DNA of 64,000 nt from Dehalococcoidia bacterium (lineage in GTDB: Bacteria > Chloroflexota > Dehalococcoidia > Bin125), in contig CAXXSR010000001.1 in the NCBI GenBank assembly GCA_963662615.2, positions 1,760,001-1,824,000 on the forward strand. The letters are read 5' to 3'. Shown here piece by piece: positions 1-10,048 of this stretch (positions are counted from its first letter, which is position 1; each line of letters begins with the position of its first letter). The notes beneath the pieces are model-generated. The model saw only the letters and a program-made list of their open reading frames with translations, was not told the origin of the DNA and made no database searches. Both the position numbers and the translations under genes were made by a program.

Positions 1-225
1 CGCCGCGTCCCCCGAGGAACGGTCACTCTCGACGGGAGGGGTGGTCGCGGTCACGGGCGTCTCTCCCTGCGATTGTACGGGCGGGACGGCGGCGGCGATC
101 CCGCCGGTTGAGGGCTCGTCGTCATCGCCGCCGCAGGCAGCGGCGATCATCGCAGCCGTGAGGCCGAGGACGAGGACGAGGACGAATCCGGGGCGGCGCG
201 CTTCCCCAGCCCTGAGAAGGAGCAT
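1..225 (-). CDS. Lipoprotein of unknown function, 5' part only (runs off the window edge)
   Basis: Manual translation from ATG at 225 gives MLLLRAGEARRPGFVLVLVLGLTAAMIAAACGGDDDEPSTGG... with a hydrophobic core and lipobox AAAC; open to position 1; not in the ORF track because it has no stop. Confidence 0.75.
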   Translation of the reverse strand, partial: MLLLRAGEARRPGFVLVLVLGLTAAMIAAACGGDDDEPSTGGIAAAVPPVQSQGETPVTATTPPVESDRSSGDAA

Positions 226-312
226 CTCCCAGAAGGTACGTGAGAGCCCGCTCCAGAGATTGCGGCGGGCAGGCGGCGAGGCGGCACGGGCAGGGCGCGG
301 GAGTGCCCGAGC

Positions 313-338
313 GCTTCTTGCAACTAGTTGCAAGAAGC
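313..338. promoter_or_regulatory. Perfect 26-bp palindrome, candidate metalloregulator operator
   Basis: GCTTCTTGCAACTAGTTGCAAGAAGC is its own reverse complement; AT-rich core lies between divergent lipoprotein and metal ABC genes. Confidence 0.65.
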
Positions 339-433
339 CCTCCTTCCAGCTACCTTCTGCGCGGTATCGCCTGCTCCCGGCGCGATCGGAGGCCCCTCCT
401 GCGACCGGCGCGGGGGTCCGGAGTGGAGATGAC

Positions 434-1483
434 GTGCTCGTACGGCCTCAGCGCGCCCGGCTCCTGCTGTGGCGGTCGCTCGTGATTCCGCTGGTCGTGG
501 CGGCTGTGGCCGTCGCGGGCTGCTCGGAGAGAGGCGACGATCCCGGCGGCGTGCCGGTGGCGGCGCAGGGAGGGGCGCCCGTCCGCGTCGTCACGACCGT
601 ATCGCCGCTGCGCAGCATCGCCGAGAACGTCGGAGGCGACCGGGTGGTGGTCGTCGGGCTGGTGCCGGAAGGGACCAACGCTCACACCTTCGAACCGCCG
701 CCGTCGGCAGCGCGCGAGATCGGCGCGGCGGATCTGATCGTGGTCAACGGCCTCAACCTGGAGCTTCCCACCATGGAGCTGGCGACCGCGAACGCTCGCG
801 ACGGCGTGCCGATCTTGCGGCTGGGTAACAACACGATCTCGCCCGAGGAGTACGTTTTCGACTTCTCGTTCCCCCCGACTGAAGGGAACCCCAACCCCCA
901 CCTGTGGACCGCTCCGCACCTGGCCGCTCGCTACGCGCAGCTCGTGGCGGACGCGCTCGCAGGCGTCGATCCGGATGGCGCCGCCTATTACGAAGCGAAC
1001 GCGGTTCGCTTCCGCGATCGCTTGGAGGAGCTGGACGCGCTCTTCTTCACCGCGACGGCGACGATACCAGAGCAGGACCGCAAGCTGCTCACATATCACG
1101 ACTCGTTCCCCTTCTTCGCGGCGCGCTACGGACTGGAGATCATTGGCGCGGTCCAGCCGTCGGATTTCTCTGAACCGTCGCCTCGGGATGTGGCCGGCCT
1201 GATCCGGCAGATTCGGGAGGCCGGCGTCCCAGCGATCTTCGGCTCGGAGGTCTTCCCGAGCGAGGTGCTGGAGCTGATTGCGTCCGAGGCGGGAGCGGTT
1301 CAGGTGAACTCGGTCCGTGACGACGATCTGCCCGGTGATCCGGGCGATCCCGACAACACCTACGTCGCCATGATGGTCGAGAACGTGCGCACCATCGTCA
1401 CGGCCTTGGGCGGAGACGCGAGCGCACTGGCGGGCTTCAACGTCGGCGCCACCTGGATTCCGTTCGCACGATTCGAAGGATGA
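434..1483 (+). CDS. Metal (Zn/Mn/Fe) ABC transporter substrate-binding lipoprotein, ZnuA/TroA family
   Basis: Lipobox VAGC; NAHTFEP, NPHLW, YHDSF and RDDD ligand motifs; start moved to GTG 434 after GGAG. Confidence 0.9.
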   Translation: MLVRPQRARLLLWRSLVIPLVVAAVAVAGCSERGDDPGGVPVAAQGGAPVRVVTTVSPLRSIAENVGGDRVVVVGLVPEGTNAHTFEPPPSAAREIGAADLIVVNGLNLELPTMELATANARDGVPILRLGNNTISPEEYVFDFSFPPTEGNPNPHLWTAPHLAARYAQLVADALAGVDPDGAAYYEANAVRFRDRLEELDALFFTATATIPEQDRKLLTYHDSFPFFAARYGLEIIGAVQPSDFSEPSPRDVAGLIRQIREAGVPAIFGSEVFPSEVLELIASEAGAVQVNSVRDDDLPGDPGDPDNTYVAMMVENVRTIVTALGGDASALAGFNVGATWIPFARFEG

Positions 1484-1487
1484 TGCC

Positions 1488-2417
1488 GTGAGCGAGCCGC
1501 CCCTGACGCCGCGACCGGTGGAGCACGGCCCGCCGCCCGACCTGGCCACGCGCGATCCGCTCGTGACCATGCAGGGAGTGAGCACAGGCTATGACGGCAC
1601 GCGAGCGCTGCGCGAGGTGAGCCTGACGGTGCATCGGGGCGAGTTCATTGGCATCGTTGGCCCCAGCGGAGCGGGCAAGACCACGCTCCTGCGCGCCATC
1701 CTGGATCAGGTTGACCGCTATGCCGGTCGCATCGAGCGGCACCCGCGGGCGCAGCGCGGCTCGCTGCGGGTGGGCTATGTACCCCAGGTGGAGACGGTGG
1801 ATTGGAACTTCCCTATTACGGTCGAGCAGGTCGTCCTGCTCGGTCGTTGGCGGGAGCAGGGCTGGCAGCCTTGGCCGCGAGCAAAAGATCGCCGCCTCGT
1901 CCACCAGGTGCTGGAGCGACTGGGCATCGCCGAACTGGCCAAGCGCCCCATCCGCGCGCTCTCCGGCGGCCAGCAGCAACGCGCCTTCCTGGCGCGCGCC
2001 CTGATAGGCGACCCGGACCTCCTCCTGCTCGACGAGCCGACGAGCGGCGTCGACATCAAGACGCGCCACGAAGTGATGCATCTCCTCGGAGAGCTGAACC
2101 GTGCCGGGACGTCCATTCTGCTGACCACGCACGATCTGAACGCCGTCGCCACACATCTGCCACGGCTCGTCTGCATTGGCGCAGGCACCGTGATTGCGGA
2201 TGGCCCGCCGGCATCGGTGCTGACCCCGGAGGTGCTGCGGCGCGCGTACGGCGCGGACATGCTGGTCCTGCGGCGCGGCCGCACAATCTACGTCGTGGAG
2301 CACCCCGACGAAGCGCCGGACGCGCCGTCCCAGGCGGACAGGGACGGCGGCGACACCGAGACGGCCACTGCGATTGCGATCGAGGCGTCCGGCGGACGCG
2401 CGGATCACAATGTTTGA
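1488..2417 (+). CDS. Metal ABC transporter ATP-binding protein (ZnuC/MntA-like)
   Basis: Walker A GPSGAGKT, GYVPQ, LSGGQQQR, LLLDEP, THDL. Confidence 0.93.
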   Translation: MSEPPLTPRPVEHGPPPDLATRDPLVTMQGVSTGYDGTRALREVSLTVHRGEFIGIVGPSGAGKTTLLRAILDQVDRYAGRIERHPRAQRGSLRVGYVPQVETVDWNFPITVEQVVLLGRWREQGWQPWPRAKDRRLVHQVLERLGIAELAKRPIRALSGGQQQRAFLARALIGDPDLLLLDEPTSGVDIKTRHEVMHLLGELNRAGTSILLTTHDLNAVATHLPRLVCIGAGTVIADGPPASVLTPEVLRRAYGADMLVLRRGRTIYVVEHPDEAPDAPSQADRDGGDTETATAIAIEASGGRADHNV

Positions 2418-3279
2418 GCCGTTCGAGTTCGACTTCATGGTGCGCGCCATGGTCGCCGCCAGCCTGGTGGGCGCCCTGACCGGCGCGGTCGGCGTCTTCG
2501 TGGTCCTGCGACGCCTCGCCTATATTGGCCACGGCCTCGCGCACAGCATCTTCGGCGGAGCCGTGGTCTCGTTCGTCTTGGGGATTAACTTCTACGTCGG
2601 CGCGACCCTCTGGGGCGGGATGTCCGCCTTCCTGATCAACCTTGCCGCGCGGCGACGGCAGATCGGTGGGGATGCCGCTGTGGGCATCATCACCACGTCG
2701 GCGTTCGCGGTGGGCGTGGCGCTGATCAGCCGGGAGCGCACGTTCACCCGTGACTTTGAGGCGGCGCTTTTTGGCGAGATCCTCGGCATCACCCAAGCCG
2801 ACGTCTGGGTCATCCTCGGGGTAGGGACCATGGTCGCGGCGCTCTTCTTCATCTGGTGGAAGCAGCTCGTCTTCACCACATTCGATCGCGAGATGGCCGG
2901 CGCCTATGGCGTGCCGGTGCAGTGGGTTGAGACGGTCTTCGCCCTTGTGCTGGCCGCCACGGTGATCGCGTCGCTTCAGGTCCTGGGCGTGACGCTGATC
3001 GCCGCCGCGCTGGTGATACCGCCGGTCACGGCGCGGCTGCTCACGGACTCCTTCCCGCGTCTCTTCCTGCTGTCCGTATGTATCGGGACGGTTGCAGGGT
3101 TCTTCGGCGTCTACCTGTCGTGGTTCGTGGACGTCTCCTCCGGCGCCACGGTCGTCCTCTTGCAAGCGGCGATTTTCACTCTGGTGCTAGCCTACGCCTC
3201 GGCGCGCTCGCGCCGGCTGCGGCGTGATCTGCGGCGGACGGAGCGACTCGCCGGTTTGGAGCGCGCCGTTTACGAGTGA
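2410..3279 (+). CDS. Metal ABC transporter permease (ZnuB/MntB, ABC-3 family)
   Basis: GVFVVLRRLAYIGHGLAH, LFGEILG and TFDREMA motifs; multiple TM segments; overlaps ATPase end. Confidence 0.93.
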   Translation: MFEPFEFDFMVRAMVAASLVGALTGAVGVFVVLRRLAYIGHGLAHSIFGGAVVSFVLGINFYVGATLWGGMSAFLINLAARRRQIGGDAAVGIITTSAFAVGVALISRERTFTRDFEAALFGEILGITQADVWVILGVGTMVAALFFIWWKQLVFTTFDREMAGAYGVPVQWVETVFALVLAATVIASLQVLGVTLIAAALVIPPVTARLLTDSFPRLFLLSVCIGTVAGFFGVYLSWFVDVSSGATVVLLQAAIFTLVLAYASARSRRLRRDLRRTERLAGLERAVYE

Positions 3280-3327
3280 AGGGCGGTCGGCGGGGCCTTG
3301 CGGGCGTAGCCGACGGAGGAAGCGCGC

Positions 3328-3690
3328 ATGGCAGATGATGAAGTCCTAGCGGCCAATGCCGCGTTCTACGCGGCCTTCAACGAGCGTGATGTCCACGGCA
3401 TGGCCGGCCTCTGGGCGCGGCGGGCCACGGTCACCTGCGTCCATCCGCACTGGGATTTGTTGAGCGGCCGCGATGCGGTCATGAAGAGCTGGACCGCAAT
3501 CCTGGAGAACCCGGCGCAGCTCCCCATTGTCGGGGCGGTGGACACGACGCAGGTCCTGGGAGAGGTCGCCCTGGTGGTCGGGCGTGAGATCGCAGGGGGC
3601 AGCCCCATTGCGGCGACCAACGTGTTCGTCCGAGAAGGGGACGCCTGGAAGATTCTGCACCACCACGCGAGCCCCGTCCGATTGCGATAG
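3328..3690 (+). CDS. SnoaL-like / NTF2-family protein
   Basis: VLAANAAFYAAF, CVHP, ATNVF and WKILHHHASP pattern; GGAGG RBS. Confidence 0.88.
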   Translation: MADDEVLAANAAFYAAFNERDVHGMAGLWARRATVTCVHPHWDLLSGRDAVMKSWTAILENPAQLPIVGAVDTTQVLGEVALVVGREIAGGSPIAATNVFVREGDAWKILHHHASPVRLR

Positions 3691-3819
3691 ACGTAGTGAT
3701 AGGCGGATGGGCAGGTGCTAACGTCGCTGCCGACGCCGCCGAAGCCGCTGATCGACGAGCCCGCCAAGGTCGGCAGGAACGGCGTCGAGCGCTCGTAACA
3801 CCGACAAAGAGAGGCGGCC

Positions 3820-4872
3820 ATGCGCAGTCCTCGGACCTTCTTCCAACCCCGCGCCCAGGGAGCGCCCGCGCCGCTGACGTCGATCCCGGTCCATGCAGCG
3901 CGCATGATCCACTTCATTGACCCCAGCAACGCCAAGCTTCTCCAGCGCGTGCCCCAGCTTATTCAGGAGGTAGACGTCCTCCTGGGCAATCTGGAGGACG
4001 GCGTCCCGATTGATCGGAAAGAGAGCGCACGCGACGGGTTGATCGCGCTGGCGCGAGCCAACGACTTCGGCGACACGAAGCTGTGGGCACGGGTGAACGG
4101 GCTGGACACCGCTTGGTTCCTGGATGACGCGCTGTCCTTGGTGGCGGGGATCGGCGAGCGGCTTGATGTGATCATGCTGCCCAAGGTGAACGGACCCTGG
4201 GATATCCACTTCATCGATCAGCTGCTCGCGCAGTTGGAGGCCAAGCATCACCTGCAGCGGCCCATCCTGATTCATGCCCTGCTGGAAACGGCCGAGGGTG
4301 TCACCAACGTCGAGGCGATCGCCGCTGCCAGCCCCCGGCTCCAAGGCATGAGCCTGGGCCCGGCGGACCTGGCCGCCTCGCGGCGGATGAAGACCACCCG
4401 CGTCGGCGGAGGCCATCCGGGCTACTTGGTCCGGGCCGATCGCGACCCCGACAAGCCGGAAGCGCCCCGATCGGTCGCGCAACAGGATCTCTGGCACTAC
4501 ACTTTGGCCAGGATGGTGGACGCCTGCGCCGCCAACGGGATCCTGCCATTTTACGGGCCCTTCGGTGATTTCCAGGATGACCAAGGCTGTGAGGATCAGT
4601 TCCGCAACGCCTTCATCCTCGGCTGCGCGGGCGCCTGGACGCTGCACCCCCGGCAGATTCCCATCGCCAAACGGGTCTTTCGGCCCGACCCCAAAGACGT
4701 CGCCTTCGCCCTCCGGGTCGTGGAGACAATGGTCGACGGGTCCGGCGTGGCCGTCGTGGATGGCAAACTCCAGGACGACGCCACCCACAAACAGTGCCAA
4801 GTCCTGCTGGAAACGGCGAAGCTGATCGCAAGCAAGGACCCAGAAGCGGCGGCGCTGTACGGCTTCAAGTAG
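3820..4872 (+). CDS. mcl: Malyl-CoA/beta-methylmalyl-CoA/citramalyl-CoA lyase (HpcH/HpaI-CitE family)
   Basis: [52 protein letters not shown] and QDDAT closely follow the recalled Chloroflexus-type Mcl sequence. Confidence 0.85.
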   Translation: MRSPRTFFQPRAQGAPAPLTSIPVHAARMIHFIDPSNAKLLQRVPQLIQEVDVLLGNLEDGVPIDRKESARDGLIALARANDFGDTKLWARVNGLDTAWFLDDALSLVAGIGERLDVIMLPKVNGPWDIHFIDQLLAQLEAKHHLQRPILIHALLETAEGVTNVEAIAAASPRLQGMSLGPADLAASRRMKTTRVGGGHPGYLVRADRDPDKPEAPRSVAQQDLWHYTLARMVDACAANGILPFYGPFGDFQDDQGCEDQFRNAFILGCAGAWTLHPRQIPIAKRVFRPDPKDVAFALRVVETMVDGSGVAVVDGKLQDDATHKQCQVLLETAKLIASKDPEAAALYGFK

Positions 4873-4882
4873 TGATGGCCGC

Positions 4883-7645
4883 CTAAAGGGCGCGGCCGCG
4901 GTCCACGTCCTTCACCGACGGTTGCTTCACGATCCACGCCACGATCTGGCGCCAGTAGTGGCTGAGCACGTACTGCCCGACCATGGCGCCCAGGACGGCG
5001 GGAATGACGACGCTCCATTCGCTCGCGCCCACAGTGCCGAAGCGGAAGAAGCTCTGTAGCCACGGGGTGTAGATGGTCAGGATGAAGAGGCCCAACAGGA
5101 CCACGCCGGCGATGGTGGTGATGAGGGGCCGCCGCAGGGCCGACAAGCTCGCGCCCCGCCTTACGCCCTCGAAGCCCACCACCTGGACCATGAAGTAGAG
5201 ACCCATAATGCCAACGGTCAGCGCAACGAGCGTGCGCGAGTCGTCCGTGGGACGGTTCAGGAACCCCCCCCACAGGAGGTGCACAGAGATCGCCGCGGCC
5301 GCCAGCGCCAAGGACGCCGGCAGCGCGAAGCGCAGAACGGAGTTCGTGAAGTCTCGACCAGCCTGGCGGGGCGGCGTGGTCGCCGCAATGAAGATTGAGG
5401 GAATCCCCAACGTGAAGAGCGCCGTCAAGGAACCCTGCCGGGGCAGGAAGGGGAACTCCAGCCCCAGCATTTGCGTCGCGACGATCAGGAGGTAGGCGTA
5501 AAAGCTCTTGATGATGAACAGCTTGCTCAACTGCGTGCTGTTCCCCAAGACGTTCTGCGATTCCGCCGTCGCCTCCACGAAGGCCGTGAAAGAATCGTCG
5601 ATCAGGACGATCCCCGACACGGCCCGCGCGGTCTGGCTGCCCGATTCCATGGCCACGGCAACGTCCGCGATGCGCAAGGCGCGGACGTCGTTGGCCCCGT
5701 CTCCCACCATCGCCACGAAGTGCTTGCGCTCCTTCAGCGCCGTGATGATGCGCCCTTTCTGAGCAGGCGCAATGCGGCCAAACACGCTGTACTCGTCTAC
5801 GGCCCGCCCGAACTCGTCCTCTGGAAGAGCGTCCAGCTCGGCGCCGGAAATGGCCCCGCCCTTGAGCTTGATACCGAGCTGACGGATGAGCGCCAGCACC
5901 GTCTCCGGGTTGTCGCCGCTGATGATCTTGGGCTCTACCTCCAGTTCCTCCATGCGGGCGAAGGCGGTCGTCACCTCGGGGCGAAGCACATCCGCGAGTG
6001 TGAGCAGGGCGAGCGCCTTCAGTGGAGGAAGCCCGGCTTCGGGATCGGGGAGGACCCCGGCCTCCGCGAAGATGACGCCGCGGAGCCCGCCCGCCGCGAT
6101 CCTGCTGTAGATCTCGTCGAGCCCTTCGGCGCCCTCAGAGTGGGGCAGGACGGTCTCGGGCGCGCCCAGCACGAAGACTCGCCGCCGCCCTGCCAGCTCC
6201 AGCTCGAGCGCGCTCCAGCGCCGTTCGGAATTGAACGGGACTCCGCCGCGGGGCTGAGCACCATTCGCCGACTCCGCCACCGCTTCGGCGAGCGCGGCGG
6301 CCGTGCCGCTCTCTGCGGCCGTCGCTGCGGCGAAGGCGCCAAGCCAAGGTCGCATCGGTTCCGCGCCCGCAACCCAATGCAGGTCGCGCAGGGTGAGCTT
6401 GTTGGCCGTGATCGTACCCGTCTTGTCCATGCAGACCACGTCGACGTAGTTCATGGCTTCGACGGCCGCGATGTCTTGGACGATGGCGCCCCGGCGAGAG
6501 AGCCGCAGCGCACCCACGGAAAACGCCACCGTCAGCCCCAGCAGCAGCCCTTCCGGCACCACGGCGGAGATCAGAGCGGTGGTGTCCTTGATGGCCTCGG
6601 TGAATTCTTTATTGTCGCTAATACTGGCGCGGATGAGCAGCAGCGCGCCCAGGACGGCCGTGGCCATGAGCAGCAGGCGCAGGACGCGGCGAAAGCGGAG
6701 CTGGAGGGGGGTCTGCCTTCGCACCAGCTCCCGCGCGTCCGCGGTGAGCCGCATCACGTAGGAGTCAGCGCCGACTGTCTCAGCGGTGTAGTAGGCGCTG
6801 CCGGCCGTGCAGAAACTGCCGGAACGCACCTCGTCGCCTCTGCGCTTGCGGACCGATTCTGCTTCGCCGGTAAGCAGCGATTCGTCGATCTCCGCCGTCT
6901 CGTGCACGATGTGCCCGTCGGCGACGACCTGGTCACCTGGGTGGAGCCGGAGCAGGTCGCCCTGGACCACATCGCTGGCGGGGACGCTCCTCTCCTCGCC
7001 ATCGCGGATGACGGTGGACTGCGGCGCGCTCAAGGCCACGATCTCCCGCAACTTGCGGGTGGCGCGGATCTCCAGGAACGTCGCGAGGACCACGTTCGCC
7101 ACCACCACGATGCCCACGAAACCGGCGTCCTGGGCGTGCCCTTTGCCTCTGTCCAAGAAGGCCAGCACCAACAGCACCAGGATCAGCGACCCCAAAATCA
7201 CATTGAAGAAAGTGAGCGCGTTGTCGCGGATGATCTCGCGGTCGCGACGCTCGTGTCGGGCAACGACGTTGCGGAGGCCGCGGGCGGCCCGGTCGGCGGC
7301 TTCCGCCACCGTCAAGCCCGTCAGCGATGGTGCGGGCTCCGGTTCGAGCGCCGGCCTGGGTCCCGGTCTCGGGACCGGCTCGCCGCCCCCTGGCGCCGGG
7401 GCGGCCGTGCCTTCGCGCTGCCTCTGCGGCGGCGACGGCGCTTCGACCGTCGCGCCGTCGCTCTCCTCCGGCCCCGCTGCGTCCTCAACGGCGGGCGCAC
7501 TGCCGGTGGGAGCGCTGTCGGTGGGGGTGGCCGCAGGCGGCGGACCCTCCCCAGTTGGGCCGGTACGCGGCAGCGGAGCCTGTTGCAGCGGCTCTTGTCC
7601 CTCTTCCAGCGCGGCCAGATCGAAGAGCGGATCGTCTTTCTTCAT
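4883..7645 (-). CDS. Cation-transporting P-type ATPase, CtpE-like (HAD-IC)
   Basis: DESLLTGE, VPEGL, DKTGT, ISGDN and GDGAND motifs; ~110-aa Pro/Ala/Glu-rich N-terminal extension. Confidence 0.93.
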   Translation of the reverse strand: MKKDDPLFDLAALEEGQEPLQQAPLPRTGPTGEGPPPAATPTDSAPTGSAPAVEDAAGPEESDGATVEAPSPPQRQREGTAAPAPGGGEPVPRPGPRPALEPEPAPSLTGLTVAEAADRAARGLRNVVARHERRDREIIRDNALTFFNVILGSLILVLLVLAFLDRGKGHAQDAGFVGIVVVANVVLATFLEIRATRKLREIVALSAPQSTVIRDGEERSVPASDVVQGDLLRLHPGDQVVADGHIVHETAEIDESLLTGEAESVRKRRGDEVRSGSFCTAGSAYYTAETVGADSYVMRLTADARELVRRQTPLQLRFRRVLRLLLMATAVLGALLLIRASISDNKEFTEAIKDTTALISAVVPEGLLLGLTVAFSVGALRLSRRGAIVQDIAAVEAMNYVDVVCMDKTGTITANKLTLRDLHWVAGAEPMRPWLGAFAAATAAESGTAAALAEAVAESANGAQPRGGVPFNSERRWSALELELAGRRRVFVLGAPETVLPHSEGAEGLDEIYSRIAAGGLRGVIFAEAGVLPDPEAGLPPLKALALLTLADVLRPEVTTAFARMEELEVEPKIISGDNPETVLALIRQLGIKLKGGAISGAELDALPEDEFGRAVDEYSVFGRIAPAQKGRIITALKERKHFVAMVGDGANDVRALRIADVAVAMESGSQTARAVSGIVLIDDSFTAFVEATAESQNVLGNSTQLSKLFIIKSFYAYLLIVATQMLGLEFPFLPRQGSLTALFTLGIPSIFIAATTPPRQAGRDFTNSVLRFALPASLALAAAAISVHLLWGGFLNRPTDDSRTLVALTVGIMGLYFMVQVVGFEGVRRGASLSALRRPLITTIAGVVLLGLFILTIYTPWLQSFFRFGTVGASEWSVVIPAVLGAMVGQYVLSHYWRQIVAWIVKQPSVKDVDRGRAL

Positions 7646-7910
7646 CCTGCTGAGTGTATCGCGCGAGATGCTAGGAATCGGCCCGGGGCCACCACGCCGC
7701 TCGCGATCCGCCGCCGCCGCCGCGCGACCGTGCCCTTCAACACCCTGTAGTCTTCGGGCGAGCAGGCGCGCCGGTCGAGACGGTCTGCCCTACGGCGGGC
7801 GAGGTTGACGCCGGCGTACCCCCATGCGGCCGTGGCGCCGCTCCGGCGCCGCGAATCGTCAACGCGCGCGGCGGACGTCGGCGGCGTGCCGGCTCCCAGC
7901 GGAGCGTCCC

Positions 7911-8564
7911 GTGCCCCATCCCACCAAGCCGCTCTGGTTTCAGGACCGCCGCGACGCCGGTGAGGAACTCGCCGCGGCGCTCCTGCGTGACGGGATCAGC
8001 GCTGACCTTGTGCTGGCCGTGCCCCGCGGAGGGGTGATCGTGGCGGAGCCCGTCGCGCGTCGTCTCGGCGCCCCCCTCGACGCGCTGCTGGCACGGAAGG
8101 TCGGAGCGCCCATGCAGCCGGAATTGGCGATGGGCGCCGTGACGCGGTTCGGCGTCGTCTGGAATCCCAACGTGCTCGACGCGCTCTATCTCTCCACCGG
8201 AGCGGTCGAGCAGGCGAGGGCTCAAGCCGCAGCCGAGCTGCAGCGACGCGAACGGGCTTTCCGCGCCGTGCGCCCAGCGGAAGCTGTCGGCGACCGCAGC
8301 GTCATCCTGATCGACGACGGCTTAGCGACGGGGGCAACAGTGGCCGCGGGGGTGCGGGCGCTCCAAAGCGCGGGCGCCGCCGCGGTGGTAGTCGCCGTGC
8401 CGGTTGCGTCCCCCGAGGCCGTGGAGCGGATTGAGGCGCTCGCGGTTCGCGTCGTGGCGCTCTCTGTGCCACACCGGTTCGGCGCGGTGGGCGCGTTCTA
8501 CGAAGACTTCCAGCCCGTCAGCGACGAGGATTGCCTGGAGATCCTTCGCCGGGCGACAAGGTGA
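7911..8564 (+). CDS. Phosphoribosyltransferase family protein
   Basis: FQDRRDAG, VPRGG, RKVGAP and VILIDDGLATGAT PRPP-binding loop, AVGAFY; start GTG 7911 is tentative. Confidence 0.88.
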   Translation: MPHPTKPLWFQDRRDAGEELAAALLRDGISADLVLAVPRGGVIVAEPVARRLGAPLDALLARKVGAPMQPELAMGAVTRFGVVWNPNVLDALYLSTGAVEQARAQAAAELQRRERAFRAVRPAEAVGDRSVILIDDGLATGATVAAGVRALQSAGAAAVVVAVPVASPEAVERIEALAVRVVALSVPHRFGAVGAFYEDFQPVSDEDCLEILRRATR

Positions 8565-8620
8565 GCGCCCCGCGCCCGCCTAGGCAGGGCGCGCAACCAT
8601 GCCGGGAGCGCCAACTGCTG

Positions 8621-8644
8621 GGGGCGCCAAAGTGTTGGCGCCCC
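8621..8644. terminator. 10-bp GC-rich hairpin between convergent genes
   Basis: GGGGCGCCAA-AGTG-TTGGCGCCCC; no U-tract. Confidence 0.45.
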
Positions 8645-8671
8645 TCGAGGTCCGGCTGAGAGGGACTATTC

Positions 8672-9856
8672 CTAGACGTTCAAGTGGTACAGCGCTGCGG
8701 CGTTGTCGTGGAGGATGTTGCGCAGGTCCCGCTCCGGCAGGCCGCTGAGCGCATGCTCGATCTGGTCCTTGGGGACGCGGGCAATGGAGCCCCCGCCGGG
8801 CGACATGCTGGTGGGGTGCGGGTAGTCCGTCTCGTAGAGTACGTTCTCAGAGCCGATCTGCTCGATCGCCTTGACCGCGCTCGCCTCCTCGAACCAGAAG
8901 CAGGCGTAGACCTGCCGTTTGAAGTACTCGCTGGGGAGCAGGTCCATCTCCGGATGCTCGTAGATGGCGCCGCTGTTGTTCCACTGCCAGTCCGCCGCCT
9001 CCAGCACGAACGGCACCCAGCCAATCCCGCTCTCCACGGAAACGAACTTCAGCTTGGGGTAGCGGTGGCAGATCCCGGAAAGGATGACGTCCAGGACGGC
9101 AACGGAGTTGTCCAGGAAGAACAGGACGGCGTTCTTGCTGCCGGCCGCTTGCTTGCCGTTGTGGACCGTGGCCTCCTCAATGGTCGTGAGGAGGTCGCCG
9201 GAGCCGATGTGGAAGTTGATGGGCAGATCCAGTTCCTGCGCCGACTCCCACAACGGGTTCCAGTGCGGATCGGTGATCGCGGGGAAACCGAACACGTGCG
9301 GTTGATTCGTCATCAGGACGCCCTTGTGGCCCAGCTTGGCGCTGCGCTGCATCTCCGCCACACAGGCGTCCACGTCCCAGAACGGCATCGTCATGATTGG
9401 GATCAACCGCTGGGGATCGGCTGACGACCACTCGCTGAGGAAGTCGTTGTAGGCACGGATGCAATCGAGCATCAGCGGTCGCTCCTCAAGCTCAAGGAAG
9501 TTCCCGCTGCCGAAGCCGCCCACGTTGGGGTACAGGATTTGGGCGTAGATGCCGTATTCGTCCATGCGCTTGATGCGCTCTCCGGAGTCGTAGCAGCCCG
9601 GGTCCGCGTCCTGGAGAGTGGGGGGGTGACTGGGCAGCGGCTTGTCCCATCCCGCGATGGCCGTCCGGCCCACTGCAAGGCCCATCCTCCCGGCAATGAC
9701 CCAGCGGTCCGCCTCGATCTCCGGGTCGAAGACCACGTGCGGCACCCTGTCGCCCCACTTCTTCGTGGACACGCGGCTGGTCCAGAGGTCGTACGGCTCC
9801 GAGACGTGGGTGTCCACGTCGATGACTTTGATCCGGTCAGCAATGGCCTGCGGCAT
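8672..9856 (-). CDS. Amidohydrolase family 2 protein
   Basis: IDVDTHV, LPINFHIG, VESGIGWVP and ETDYPH motifs. Confidence 0.92.
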   Translation of the reverse strand: MPQAIADRIKVIDVDTHVSEPYDLWTSRVSTKKWGDRVPHVVFDPEIEADRWVIAGRMGLAVGRTAIAGWDKPLPSHPPTLQDADPGCYDSGERIKRMDEYGIYAQILYPNVGGFGSGNFLELEERPLMLDCIRAYNDFLSEWSSADPQRLIPIMTMPFWDVDACVAEMQRSAKLGHKGVLMTNQPHVFGFPAITDPHWNPLWESAQELDLPINFHIGSGDLLTTIEEATVHNGKQAAGSKNAVLFFLDNSVAVLDVILSGICHRYPKLKFVSVESGIGWVPFVLEAADWQWNNSGAIYEHPEMDLLPSEYFKRQVYACFWFEEASAVKAIEQIGSENVLYETDYPHPTSMSPGGGSIARVPKDQIEHALSGLPERDLRNILHDNAAALYHLNV

Positions 9857-10048
9857 GGAGCCCTCCCATGTTGCCCCGCGCTACGTCACCCGACGCGCAG
9901 CCGGGGGAGGAGCGGCCCGCGCGGACGCGCTCCAGCATGGGGCGTAGGATAGCAGCTTGCCGATTGAATGGGCTGGAGCCGTTCCCGGCGATTCGCTCCG
10001 GGCAGGTGGACCCCTCGGCCCCGCCCGGGGGCTCCCGCTGAACGGCGC

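Noticed and set aside
41-433. Long N-terminal extension of the metal-binding lipoprotein in the ORF track
   Set aside because: It overlaps the divergent lipoprotein gene and the palindrome; the signal peptide and RBS point to a start near 434.
5471-7750. Very long antisense ORFs (also 21719-23302, 40018-42180, 48556-49818, 61238-62635)
   Set aside because: Shadow frames of well-supported genes, expected at high GC; no motifs.
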